Shown here: one piece after another, positions 20,183 through 28,745 of the stretch
Position numbering within the stretch: position 1 is the first letter of the stretch
Layout: each line of letters begins with the position of its first letter
From: Salinispira sp.
Lineage (GTDB): Bacteria > Spirochaetota > Spirochaetia > DSM-27196 > Salinispiraceae
Direction of reading: 5' to 3'
DNA length: 64,000 nt
Assembly (NCBI GenBank): GCA_965602015.1
Contig: OZ271918.1
Location: forward strand, 3,680,001-3,744,000
Position numbers and translations under genes: made by a program
Notes under the pieces: model-generated
Told to the model about the DNA's origin: nothing
What the model saw: the letters and a program-made list of their open reading frames with translations, nothing else
Databases searched by the model: none

Positions 20183-21018
20183 ATACCGTATGCTCCTCTC
20201 ACGATTGCGTCGAAGACCCTGTCAGATACCAGCCAGCGAAGGGCAAGCAGTAATCGGGCATTTCTCCCCGGGGCATAGCGGGTTTTCGGCCGGCGGCTCA
20301 GGGCGGCCAGGGCGATGGAGCGGGCAACCACCTCAGGAGCCGACGGTCTTCCCTTGGTATAGGCGTTGCGCATCGTCCGTACGGTAGCGGCGGTGTACCT
20401 CTCATAGGGGCCCTTACCTGATGTTTTTGCAGCGGAATCCGCGGCAATACCCTCCCACTCACTTTTAATCGCACCGGGCTGAATGACCGAGACATGGATG
20501 CCGAACTGTCGCGTTTCAAGGCGTAGGCAGTCCGAAAATCCTTCCACCGCATGTTTTGTGGCATGATACCAGGCACCCAGCGGCGTGTAAATTCTTCCGC
20601 CCATGCTGCTGACGTTGATAATCCTGCCGTAGCCCGTTCTTCTCATGTGCGGCAACACGAGCTGGGTTAATCGGGCGAGGCCGAAGACGTTCACATCGAA
20701 CTGCCTGCGGGCCTCCTGCGGTTGCACTTCTTCTACGGCTCCGTATGCCCCGTACCCCGCATTGTTCACCAAAATATGAAGCGATCCGGCTTCCTCGAGA
20801 ATCTGCGAAATTGCTTGCTCCATGGATTCGTTGACGGTCACATCGAGCTTGAGAAGCCTTGCGCCTTTGGATTCAATATCCGCCATTTTTTCTATTCGCC
20901 GGGCGCCCGCATATACGGTAACGCCCTTTGATAGAAGTTCCCGTACTGCGGCCTTACCGATCCCCGACGAGGCTCCGGTTACCAGGGCAACGAGTTGCTC
21001 AGGTTTTCTTTCTGACAT
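20179..21018 (-). CDS. Short-chain dehydrogenase/reductase
   Basis: TGASSGIG, NNAGYG, SS, YHATK. Confidence 0.95.
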   Translation of the reverse strand: MSERKPEQLVALVTGASSGIGKAAVRELLSKGVTVYAGARRIEKMADIESKGARLLKLDVTVNESMEQAISQILEEAGSLHILVNNAGYGAYGAVEEVQPQEARRQFDVNVFGLARLTQLVLPHMRRTGYGRIINVSSMGGRIYTPLGAWYHATKHAVEGFSDCLRLETRQFGIHVSVIQPGAIKSEWEGIAADSAAKTSGKGPYERYTAATVRTMRNAYTKGRPSAPEVVARSIALAALSRRPKTRYAPGRNARLLLALRWLVSDRVFDAIVRGAYGI

Positions 21019-21030
21019 GATTTGCTCCTT

Positions 21031-21077
21031 AAGTTACGTGCTGTCACTAAAATAAGTTACAATATGTAACTTGTCAA
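21031..21077 (-). promoter_or_regulatory. Promoter of the SDR-TetR operon with a palindromic operator
   Basis: Minus strand TTGACA(21077-21072)-17-TATTTT; perfect palindrome AAGTTACA-ata-TGTAACTT at 21054-21072; imperfect second copy at 21031-21049. Confidence 0.75.
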
Positions 21078-21095
21078 GGGTATTCATCCGGATAT

Positions 21096-21131
21096 AAAAA
21101 AAGCTGTCAGGGATTGCTCCCGGACAGCCTT
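21096..21131 (-). terminator. Rho-independent terminator after carD
   Basis: Minus strand gctgtccggga-gcaa-tccctgacagc followed by a T run. Confidence 0.75.
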
Positions 21132-21151
21132 ATTTACGGTTTGAAGATGTA

Positions 21152-21742
21152 TCAACCGTCGGTGTTGACTTCCATATCGTCTTCATCCATCCCGGCATCG
21201 AAATCATCCTCTTCTTCCTTCGCCGGCTTTTCTTCTTCTTCCTCAACCTCTGTTTCCGCTTCGAGGCGTTCGAAGATCATTTCTTCAATCGCTTCCTTGC
21301 CTTTGCCGAGGGAGATGCTGAGTTCATCGACAAGCAGTTTAATCGCCGAATCATAGAGTTTTCGCTCGAGTATGGGAAGTTCCTTGATTTTGCTGCGGTG
21401 ATACAGGGTCTGAACCACCTGGGCGATATCGGTGACGCTGCCTTTTAACAGCAATTGGCGGTTCATTTCATAGCGCATTTTCCAATCAGCAGGAGCCACC
21501 TCGTATTCGCCTTCGATAAGCTTTAGCGCTTCATTCGCCTGTTTTTTGGGCACAATCGGACGTATGCCCCGTTCATCGGCCTTGTCGACGGGAATCATAA
21601 TGGTCATATCGCTGGCTTCAATGTAGATAATGTAATACTGGGTCGGCTCGCCGTTGAACATCCGTTCGGTGATTTCCGTAACCTCGCCGACTCCATGAGT
21701 CGGGTAAACCACTTTTTGAGAAACCTTATAGGTTGTGGACAT
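21152..21742 (-). CDS. carD: CarD family transcriptional regulator with an acidic tail
   Basis: KVVYPTHGVGEV, MTIMIPV, GIRPIV, DWKMRY, ERKLYDSA..LLVDELS; upstream TTGACC-17-TACAAT promoter (21815-21787). Confidence 0.92.
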   Translation of the reverse strand: MSTTYKVSQKVVYPTHGVGEVTEITERMFNGEPTQYYIIYIEASDMTIMIPVDKADERGIRPIVPKKQANEALKLIEGEYEVAPADWKMRYEMNRQLLLKGSVTDIAQVVQTLYHRSKIKELPILERKLYDSAIKLLVDELSISLGKGKEAIEEMIFERLEAETEVEEEEEKPAKEEEDDFDAGMDEDDMEVNTDG

Positions 21743-21848
21743 GCTTATAAAACTCCTGGGGTTCTGATAATTATTTGGAATTCCTTATTGTACATAAATT
21801 TAGCCTGAAGGTCAAAGGACCGGCCCTCCCAAACCCGCAGGAAAGGAT

Positions 21849-23456
21849 CTATTGCAAGACCGCCACATTTGAAGGAGCCGTCAATGTGCGCCGGAAAAGA
21901 TATTTGAACGGATGGATATCAAGGGGGTTCGGATGCCAGCCGCCGACCGCCTCCAGGTCTATCACGTTCCAGGCCGGGCTATGGCTCACGGGGATCAGGG
22001 CGGCAGACTGCAGCAAATACTCTTCTGCTTCGGCCAGGAGCTGAAAGCGCTCGGTGCCCGCCGTGAGGTAGGATTGGTCGATGAGTTCATCGAACCGGCT
22101 GTCCGAGAAGCCCGCATTGTTCACATTGCTGCCGGTGGTCCACATCTGCAGGAAACTGAGCGGGTCGGCATAATCGGCGATCCAGGAAATGGTACCGATG
22201 GTAAAATCACCCCGGCGCATTCTGTCCTGATGGGCGTTGTATTCCAGGAACTCGGTTTCCACCCGGAGATCCAACTCGCGGGACCAGGCATTGCTCATCA
22301 GGTCGGCAATCCTCCGGGATTCGTCGCTGTCGGTGAGCACTATACGCACCACCGGAAGACCGACGCCGTTCTCATACCCCGCATCCCGCAGCAGGGCGAA
22401 GGCCTCCTCCCGGTTGCCCTCGGAAATTCCCTGAACGTCTGGGTACCCGGGAATTTGGGGGATAAGGTTCGCCGTAGGCACAAAGTAGGTATCTTCGCTG
22501 CGGATTTCACTCAACGGCAGTAACAGGGTCAGGGCCCTGCGGATGCGCTGATCGTCAAAGGGGGTCTGCTCTGCGGAAAAAAGGTAATAGCTGGTGGCGA
22601 ACTGCGGGGTAATTTGCAGGCTGTTGGGGATACGCAGTTCCGACAGTAAAAAGCCGCTGTACAGCCATTGAATGTCCCCGGCATTGAACCGGGCGGTGGC
22701 TGCCCGATTATCGTCATTGAACTCAATGATTATTCTGTCATACCGGGAGTTTTCCCTGTCCCAGTAATGAGGATTCCGCTCCATGACGATGCGGTCGTTT
22801 CGCTTCTCGGAAATCCGGTACGGGCCGTTGCCCATTGGCTGCTCAAGGGAGTTCCAGTTTCGTGTTTCGAGCTGATCCGGATGGATGGCAACAAGGCTCT
22901 GATGAGCGAGGATTGAAAGAAAATGGGCGGCGGGGTTGTACAGCTCGACCTCCAGAATTCCGTCCTCCGGGGCATTAATGCCCACGCTTGCCGGATCGGA
23001 AGTTTCACCTCTCCGGAAGGCTTCGGCCCCCCGAATCGGATCCAGAAGGAACCCGAATGGGGCGTCGTCTCCCAGGGAGAGCATTTTGAGCCATGCCTCT
23101 CTGATATCTGCAGATTTTACCGGCTGGCCGTTCCAGTAGCGAGCATCGGAGTTCAGAAAAAAGCGGTACAGCCTGCCTTCTTCCAATACCTCCCAGCGCT
23201 GGGCCACCGCCGGGAGAGGCCGCAGGTTTACCGGGTCATAACTGACCAGTCCCTCATAAATGGCTGTATACACCTGGGCCTCAAGAGATGAAATAGTATA
23301 CAGGGGATTGAGTTCCAGCCTGGACGGCCGCATGCTCATGATAAAATCCAGGGGAGGATCCGCTGGCGAACTCTGTGCGCTCAGCGGTAATACGATGAAA
23401 ATTGATAATATCAGGCCGATCATAAGACCGGCGGGAACAAATGACCGTAATTTCAA
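21849..23456 (-). CDS. Peptide ABC transporter substrate-binding protein (OppA-like, family 5)
   Basis: Signal peptide; IYEGLVSYD...PAVAQRWEV, GNGPYRI, RNPHYWD, PFDDQRIRRAL, WIADYADP; TTG start after GGAG. Confidence 0.93.
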   Translation of the reverse strand: MKLRSFVPAGLMIGLILSIFIVLPLSAQSSPADPPLDFIMSMRPSRLELNPLYTISSLEAQVYTAIYEGLVSYDPVNLRPLPAVAQRWEVLEEGRLYRFFLNSDARYWNGQPVKSADIREAWLKMLSLGDDAPFGFLLDPIRGAEAFRRGETSDPASVGINAPEDGILEVELYNPAAHFLSILAHQSLVAIHPDQLETRNWNSLEQPMGNGPYRISEKRNDRIVMERNPHYWDRENSRYDRIIIEFNDDNRAATARFNAGDIQWLYSGFLLSELRIPNSLQITPQFATSYYLFSAEQTPFDDQRIRRALTLLLPLSEIRSEDTYFVPTANLIPQIPGYPDVQGISEGNREEAFALLRDAGYENGVGLPVVRIVLTDSDESRRIADLMSNAWSRELDLRVETEFLEYNAHQDRMRRGDFTIGTISWIADYADPLSFLQMWTTGSNVNNAGFSDSRFDELIDQSYLTAGTERFQLLAEAEEYLLQSAALIPVSHSPAWNVIDLEAVGGWHPNPLDIHPFKYLFRRTLTAPSNVAVLQ

Positions 23457-23474
23457 AATAACTCCGCGTGTGGT

Positions 23475-23828
23475 TCAGGTTTTGAGATACCGTATTATTG
23501 TATCAATATATTCTTTGCCACGCAGGGGTTTAATAAAAACTTCGGAGAAGCCTGCGGCTTTTAGCATGGAAACTTCCGTATCGTCGCTGGTAATGGCGAT
23601 AAGCGGTATGTCGGGCTTGGTTTCCCTGATTTTTCTGGCGAGCTCATCACCGTTCATCCCGGGCATGTATTGATCGAGAATTATCAGCCGATAGTCATTT
23701 TTCGAGATCATTTCCCAGGCCTCGGTACCGTCAGCCGCAAGATCGCAGTGTATGTTTGCCTTGCCCAGGTGGATTTCTATGAGTCGGCGGTTGGTAAATT
23801 CATCTTCTGCGTATAAAATTTCGGCCAT
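23475..23828 (-). CDS. Single-domain response regulator (REC)
   Basis: ILYAEDE, LIILDQYMPGMNG, IAIT, FIKP; all canonical residues present. Confidence 0.93.
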   Translation of the reverse strand: MAEILYAEDEFTNRRLIEIHLGKANIHCDLAADGTEAWEMISKNDYRLIILDQYMPGMNGDELARKIRETKPDIPLIAITSDDTEVSMLKAAGFSEVFIKPLRGKEYIDTIIRYLKT

Positions 23829-23831
23829 ATC

Positions 23832-24623
23832 CTAATCCTGTTCCGTTGCGAGATACTCCCGCAGACTGTTTTTTACTTCGGCCATTTCGCGTTCTATCGC
23901 TGAATAGAGCTTCTTCGCATCTTCAGTATGATTGATTTTTAATTGCAATTCCAGCCGCCGGGCCATATGAGCCAAGCGGTGGGCCGAAACGTTCAGCGCG
24001 CTCCCTTTCAGGCTGTGAATAAGCCGATGACATTCGGTTATTTCTCCTTGATCGAATTTGGCTCTCCAATCATCAAGACGATGATCCGCCTGCTCGAGAA
24101 ACAGTTCCACCAGGGTTATCCGCATTTCCCGGTCCGGTATCTTCGCCTCAAGCTCATCCTGCTGAACCGGGGGAGCCTGCTCGTGGACCTCCACATCGGT
24201 TACGGGGATATCCATATGGAGATTGAGCATTTCCGATGTAAGTTCATGGGAAAAACCGATCTGATGCAGATACTGATCATTCAGGGTCTCCAGTGCGGCC
24301 TCCACGGCAGCGTCATCCCTTTTCTCATCAACCTGGTCAAACCGGCATGTGCGGTCACGGATAGCCGAAACGTGATAGATCAGGCGGCCAAATACCTTAT
24401 CTTCTTCCGGCAGGCGGTAATCGATCATAACCATCATCTTCGCCATTCCCAGAGAGAACAGTTGCTCTAATACCTGCTCGGTTTGCTGCGGGAGCTCGCT
24501 GAAAACCGGCAGAACGCTGATTGCCTGTTTCGAGAAATCCCAGTTGATGGCGGAGGGCCCGCAGATCGCCCGGGATTTTAAGCGTTTTTGAGCGTCGAGC
24601 AATATGTTTTCCGCGGGAAACAT
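23832..24623 (-). CDS. Hpt (histidine phosphotransfer) domain protein with an unknown N-terminal domain
   Basis: C-terminal LVELFLEQ...HRLIHSLKGSALNVSA..L...ARRLE; GGGAGG upstream. Confidence 0.85.
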   Translation of the reverse strand: MFPAENILLDAQKRLKSRAICGPSAINWDFSKQAISVLPVFSELPQQTEQVLEQLFSLGMAKMMVMIDYRLPEEDKVFGRLIYHVSAIRDRTCRFDQVDEKRDDAAVEAALETLNDQYLHQIGFSHELTSEMLNLHMDIPVTDVEVHEQAPPVQQDELEAKIPDREMRITLVELFLEQADHRLDDWRAKFDQGEITECHRLIHSLKGSALNVSAHRLAHMARRLELQLKINHTEDAKKLYSAIEREMAEVKNSLREYLATEQD

Positions 24624-24772
24624 AAGCCTCCCATAATCAATGGTTTTGGCGTGCTCTTCTACTATAGTCCATGGGCAGGCTCCTGTGGGTTTTTACCGAT
24701 GAACATTAAGTGGACGGGGAAAAGCGCCGAAAAACAAAGGAGATATCCAGCTTTTTCTGAAGCACGGGGGAA

Positions 24773-26530
24773 ATGATGAAACTCAATAGAACTTTATCGA
24801 TATTCGCAATTCTGATGGCGTTGCTCGCTGGGACAGCGTTGACGGGTCAGGAAAGCATCGTAGATTTGCGAGAGCTCGATCTGGAATCTGTCGATTTTTC
24901 CCAGGCGCGCATCAGCATTGCCGGTCCCGGATCATTTTTGATTCGTTCGGTACAGCTGGACGGGCAAAGTTACTCGGTAATATTCGAGGAAGCAGAGGGT
25001 AACTGGATCGTTTCACAGCTCATCCCCGAAGAAAGCGCTCCGGTCTTGCCTGCAAATGTTGTGCTGGATTTTGCAACCATCTCTATAACCGAGGAAGGAT
25101 TGCTCATCGACGGCATTATTATTGACGGAAAGAGCTACAGTACGACTCTCGTTCTCGGCGGCTCAGGTCTTACCCCCCCAAGCACGTTGAGCGCGGCGAA
25201 GCTGGTCGGCGCATCGCTGACCCGGGTTACCCGGGATGCGGGTCTTTTTACCGCCGATGAGGTCAACAGCCAAAGCGCACAGATTGCCAGCCTCACCGAG
25301 CGCAATACCGAACTGGTATCTCAGGTTGGAGATCTCAGCGACCAGCTGTTTAATCTGCGGGATGAAAACCAGCGGCTGAATGATCAAATGCTCCGCCTTC
25401 GCGAGGAAAAGGCGCAACTTGATACCGAGGTCGCCAGTCTCGAAGAGCAGGTTAGAATGCTCGAAGCGGCGGCCTCGGAGATTCGCGCTGCGGAAGCCGA
25501 CGAAGACAGCGCAGCAATCGAGGCCGCCGCGGTGGCCGAAGCCGGTGCAGAGAGCGGCGCCGCGGCGCAAGAACGCGTATCCGAGGTCGAGGATGGGGCA
25601 AATGAGCTGCTCCGGCAGCGAATAACCGTACTTCTGGAACGCATTGCGATTCTTGAAGACCGCATTGTCGATCTTGAGACTGAGCTGGACGGGGTGCGTC
25701 TGGCCAATGCTGAAGAAGAAGCCGCATCGGTGTTCCCGACCGCCGCGGACGGAAGCGATTCAGCGGGGGAGCCCGCCGGTGACGAATCTGCCATCGACGA
25801 GTCCGCCGCCGATGAGTATTTGCAGCGCATCAGCCGTCTTGAGGCGATTATTGAAGACCTCCGGGTTGAAAATGCCCGGCTGTCGGCGGACCGCAGCAGT
25901 ATTGAGCAGGAGGTCAGACGGAGGCTTCTCAGCGAGGGATTTATAGCCGCAATGCTGCCCGATCTGAACCGACGGCTGTACAGCGGATTCGAGGGAAGTC
26001 AGGCCCAATTAGGCAGCTGGTCAATGAACGACGGGGTAATGGCGCAGAATGACGCAAATCAGTTTTTCGCCAAACTCGCCCTGCCCCTGCCCCAGGAGAC
26101 CCGGCCGACCCTGTACCGCTTCGACGGGCGGAGTCCGGGAGCCGGATGGGTGGGTTTTGGAATACACATTTTCGCCTCCCGCTCGGAGCGCCGGGGGTAC
26201 GGTTTCGGAGAGAGCCTCCTGCTATGGTTTACCCGGGATGCCGGCGAATACGGAAATTACCGGACATATCTTGAGATCTATCGCTCCAGCGACGATATCA
26301 ACATGGCACGGGTGATGAGCGCGGCGGTGGCCGAGGATATTGGCGAATGGATGGACATCGAGCTCCTCTATGAGCCCCAAGAGGAATATATCACTGTCGC
26401 CATTGGCGGCGAGGAGAAGGTCCGTTACAAGACTTGGTTCGGCATCGAAAGCGGCGTTGATATCGCACTGCGCACCCTGGATCGGGGGGAATTCCGAAAC
26501 CTCGAAATACTGACCACCGACGGGGATTAA
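24773..26530 (+). CDS. Secreted coiled-coil protein with a C-terminal beta-sandwich domain
   Basis: Signal peptide; heptad-rich acidic coiled-coil middle; aromatic beta-rich C-terminus. Confidence 0.75.
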   Translation: MMKLNRTLSIFAILMALLAGTALTGQESIVDLRELDLESVDFSQARISIAGPGSFLIRSVQLDGQSYSVIFEEAEGNWIVSQLIPEESAPVLPANVVLDFATISITEEGLLIDGIIIDGKSYSTTLVLGGSGLTPPSTLSAAKLVGASLTRVTRDAGLFTADEVNSQSAQIASLTERNTELVSQVGDLSDQLFNLRDENQRLNDQMLRLREEKAQLDTEVASLEEQVRMLEAAASEIRAAEADEDSAAIEAAAVAEAGAESGAAAQERVSEVEDGANELLRQRITVLLERIAILEDRIVDLETELDGVRLANAEEEAASVFPTAADGSDSAGEPAGDESAIDESAADEYLQRISRLEAIIEDLRVENARLSADRSSIEQEVRRRLLSEGFIAAMLPDLNRRLYSGFEGSQAQLGSWSMNDGVMAQNDANQFFAKLALPLPQETRPTLYRFDGRSPGAGWVGFGIHIFASRSERRGYGFGESLLLWFTRDAGEYGNYRTYLEIYRSSDDINMARVMSAAVAEDIGEWMDIELLYEPQEEYITVAIGGEEKVRYKTWFGIESGVDIALRTLDRGEFRNLEILTTDGD

Positions 26531-27783
26531 CCCTTCCAGCGCAGCATGAGGAAGGTGATGTCGTCGTGAAGGGGAGTGTGCTGCCGGAACCGGTGAAAAT
26601 CCTCCAGCAGCCGCACCCGAACGGTTTTGAGATCATTGTCCCGGTTGGCCACGAGAAAATCCTTTAAGCGCTTAAGCCCAAACTCTTCTCCGTCCTTATT
26701 TTCCTGTTCAATAATTCCGTCGCTGATAAGCAGTAGAAGATCGCCGGGCTCGAGGCTGTAGTGGAAGACCTCGGGATTAACTTCCTCCATGACGCCGATG
26801 GGATAGTTGGAGTCATGGCTTTTGATTTTGAGCAGCTTGCCGTCCCGGAAAATAAAGGCGAGACCGTGACCCATGTCGGCGATGTTTATGCTTCCTTTCT
26901 CGGTGTTCAGATCGAAAAACACGCCGGTGACGTATTTCTCCAGTTCGAATGTGGTAATAAAGAAATCGTTGAGAGTTGTGATGAGAGAACCCACGCCTTT
27001 GTGGTTATCGAATACTTTGATTGTCCCCCACAAAGCCGAGGTGACCAGCGAGGCTGAGACCCCTTTGCCCGAGACATCGCAGAGAGTCATAAACCAGCGG
27101 CCTTTTGCGAAGTTCTTTATGTTGTAGAAGTCGCCCCCAACACCCTTTGCCATGGTTGACGAGGCTGCCAGTTCGAAGTGGTCGCGGTTGAGATAGGAAA
27201 ATTCTTTCACGACCCGATTCTGGATGGCTCGTGCCAATGCAATATCTTGCTGGGTCATTTCCGAAAGATAGATTAGCAAGTCCTGGGAGGAAAACAGCCC
27301 GGCGAACTCGCCGCTGCCGGATTTGAGTGGAAAGTAGTGAACCTCTCCCCGGTGATCGAATTGACTCATGCGTTCCGAGACGGTGAAGATGTTGGTATCG
27401 AGGTAGATGGGTTCTTCGCTGATGGCCACCCGTTCCACCAGTTCTCTTCTCATGACGTCCCGGCCGAAGGGCCTGCTGAGAAGGTCGAATAGATCCCGTC
27501 GGTTTATGAGGCCGATGCACAGGCCCTTGCCGTCGACAACCCCCACTGCCTGGATGTCCGGATCTTCGGTGAGGTCATCCGCCAGATCGAGCAAATTGGC
27601 GTCGTAGGCGACATACCACCGGCTCGATGCCAGTTTGATAATGGTTTCACCCTGGTCTTTGAATTCCCGCGCCAGCTTGAGGACCTTGCGCCCTTCGCTG
27701 CTGAGCTTCGGCTGGGTTTCGTTCAGGTCCTCCTGAAGCTCGTTAAGCAATGCGTCAAAATCATTGTCGTGCTCGGCTACCAT
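26527..27783 (-). CDS. CBS-pair plus PP2C/SpoIIE serine phosphatase
   Basis: VGGDFYN, CDVSGKG, ISDGIIE, HDDITFL; N-terminal CBS-like VGVVDGKGLCIGLINRRD. Confidence 0.9.
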   Translation of the reverse strand: MVAEHDNDFDALLNELQEDLNETQPKLSSEGRKVLKLAREFKDQGETIIKLASSRWYVAYDANLLDLADDLTEDPDIQAVGVVDGKGLCIGLINRRDLFDLLSRPFGRDVMRRELVERVAISEEPIYLDTNIFTVSERMSQFDHRGEVHYFPLKSGSGEFAGLFSSQDLLIYLSEMTQQDIALARAIQNRVVKEFSYLNRDHFELAASSTMAKGVGGDFYNIKNFAKGRWFMTLCDVSGKGVSASLVTSALWGTIKVFDNHKGVGSLITTLNDFFITTFELEKYVTGVFFDLNTEKGSINIADMGHGLAFIFRDGKLLKIKSHDSNYPIGVMEEVNPEVFHYSLEPGDLLLLISDGIIEQENKDGEEFGLKRLKDFLVANRDNDLKTVRVRLLEDFHRFRQHTPLHDDITFLMLRWKG

Positions 27784-27829
27784 ATCGCGTTCCTCAAAAC
27801 TAAGTTCGCATTCTATTCTACCATATTTC

Positions 27830-28378
27830 TCAACTGTCCATCAGGTCGTGGTGTTTCTTGGGAAAAATTTTCTGCGCAGCAACGCAGTTCCGGGCTTCGG
27901 TAAAGACATAGCCGCCGTTCCAGTACTCGACTGCCGCGAAAAGCGCATTGCCCCCGTCGCTTTCGTCGCTGTGTTCAGTCCGGTATGAAACATACTGGGC
28001 AAGTTCAAGATAATCGTCGGCCAACACGCATTCCATCCGGTGGCGGTTGAAATCATTCCATTCCTCAATGCCGGAAAAGCCGGGCCCCTCGTCTTCAACG
28101 ATGATTCTCGCTTCCTCAGGAGTGAATTTGTACCACACCTTGACCCTCTTGGCCGGATCGCATTTATTGCCGTGCTTTACTGCATTTTTTATGACTTCGC
28201 TTATCTGCTGCTCGAGCAGGTTGAGTTCCTTGATTTCCACCGGCGCTTTTTGCACAATCAGGAGGGTGAAGTACCGGATTTGACGAAAATCGCTGGGAAA
28301 TTCCTTGTAAAACATATCGCTGGTGTCGAACAGCGGACTGTCCCCGTCTACTTGAATAAGCTTGAGTTCGTTATCCAT
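27830..28378 (-). CDS. RsbW/SpoIIAB-like anti-sigma kinase (HATPase_c)
   Basis: SEVIKNAVKHGN, VKVWY, IIVEDEGPGF. Confidence 0.85.
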   Translation of the reverse strand: MDNELKLIQVDGDSPLFDTSDMFYKEFPSDFRQIRYFTLLIVQKAPVEIKELNLLEQQISEVIKNAVKHGNKCDPAKRVKVWYKFTPEEARIIVEDEGPGFSGIEEWNDFNRHRMECVLADDYLELAQYVSYRTEHSDESDGGNALFAAVEYWNGGYVFTEARNCVAAQKIFPKKHHDLMDS

Positions 28379-28388
28379 ACAGGACCTC

Positions 28389-28727
28389 TTATGAGTTTAT
28401 AAAGGCGACAGCGTCATCGATGGTTTCCTCGATGGGAAAAAAACCCGTGAGGCGGGTCAGATCCATAACTTTTTTTGCGGTGCTGTGCACGTTTGCAAGG
28501 CAAAACTTGATATTTTTTTGCTGAACGACGGCGTACATATTAATCAGGGTGCCGATTCCGCTGGAATCAAGATAATGAACGCCATCGAGATTTATGATTA
28601 TGCTGGCGACGCTTTTGTCCACCATCTTTGAGAATAAATCCTTGAGCTTCGATGTGTTATACAGGTCCAGCTCGCCGATGACATCGATGATGTATATGTC
28701 CTGAACCTTGCGCAATCGTAATTCCAT
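28389..28727 (-). CDS. STAS anti-sigma-factor antagonist
   Basis: IIDVIGELDLY, INLDGVHYLDSSGIG with the phosphorylatable Ser. Confidence 0.93.
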   Translation of the reverse strand: MELRLRKVQDIYIIDVIGELDLYNTSKLKDLFSKMVDKSVASIIINLDGVHYLDSSGIGTLINMYAVVQQKNIKFCLANVHSTAKKVMDLTRLTGFFPIEETIDDAVAFINS

Positions 28728-28745
28728 GTAACCCTCCGCCCTTTT

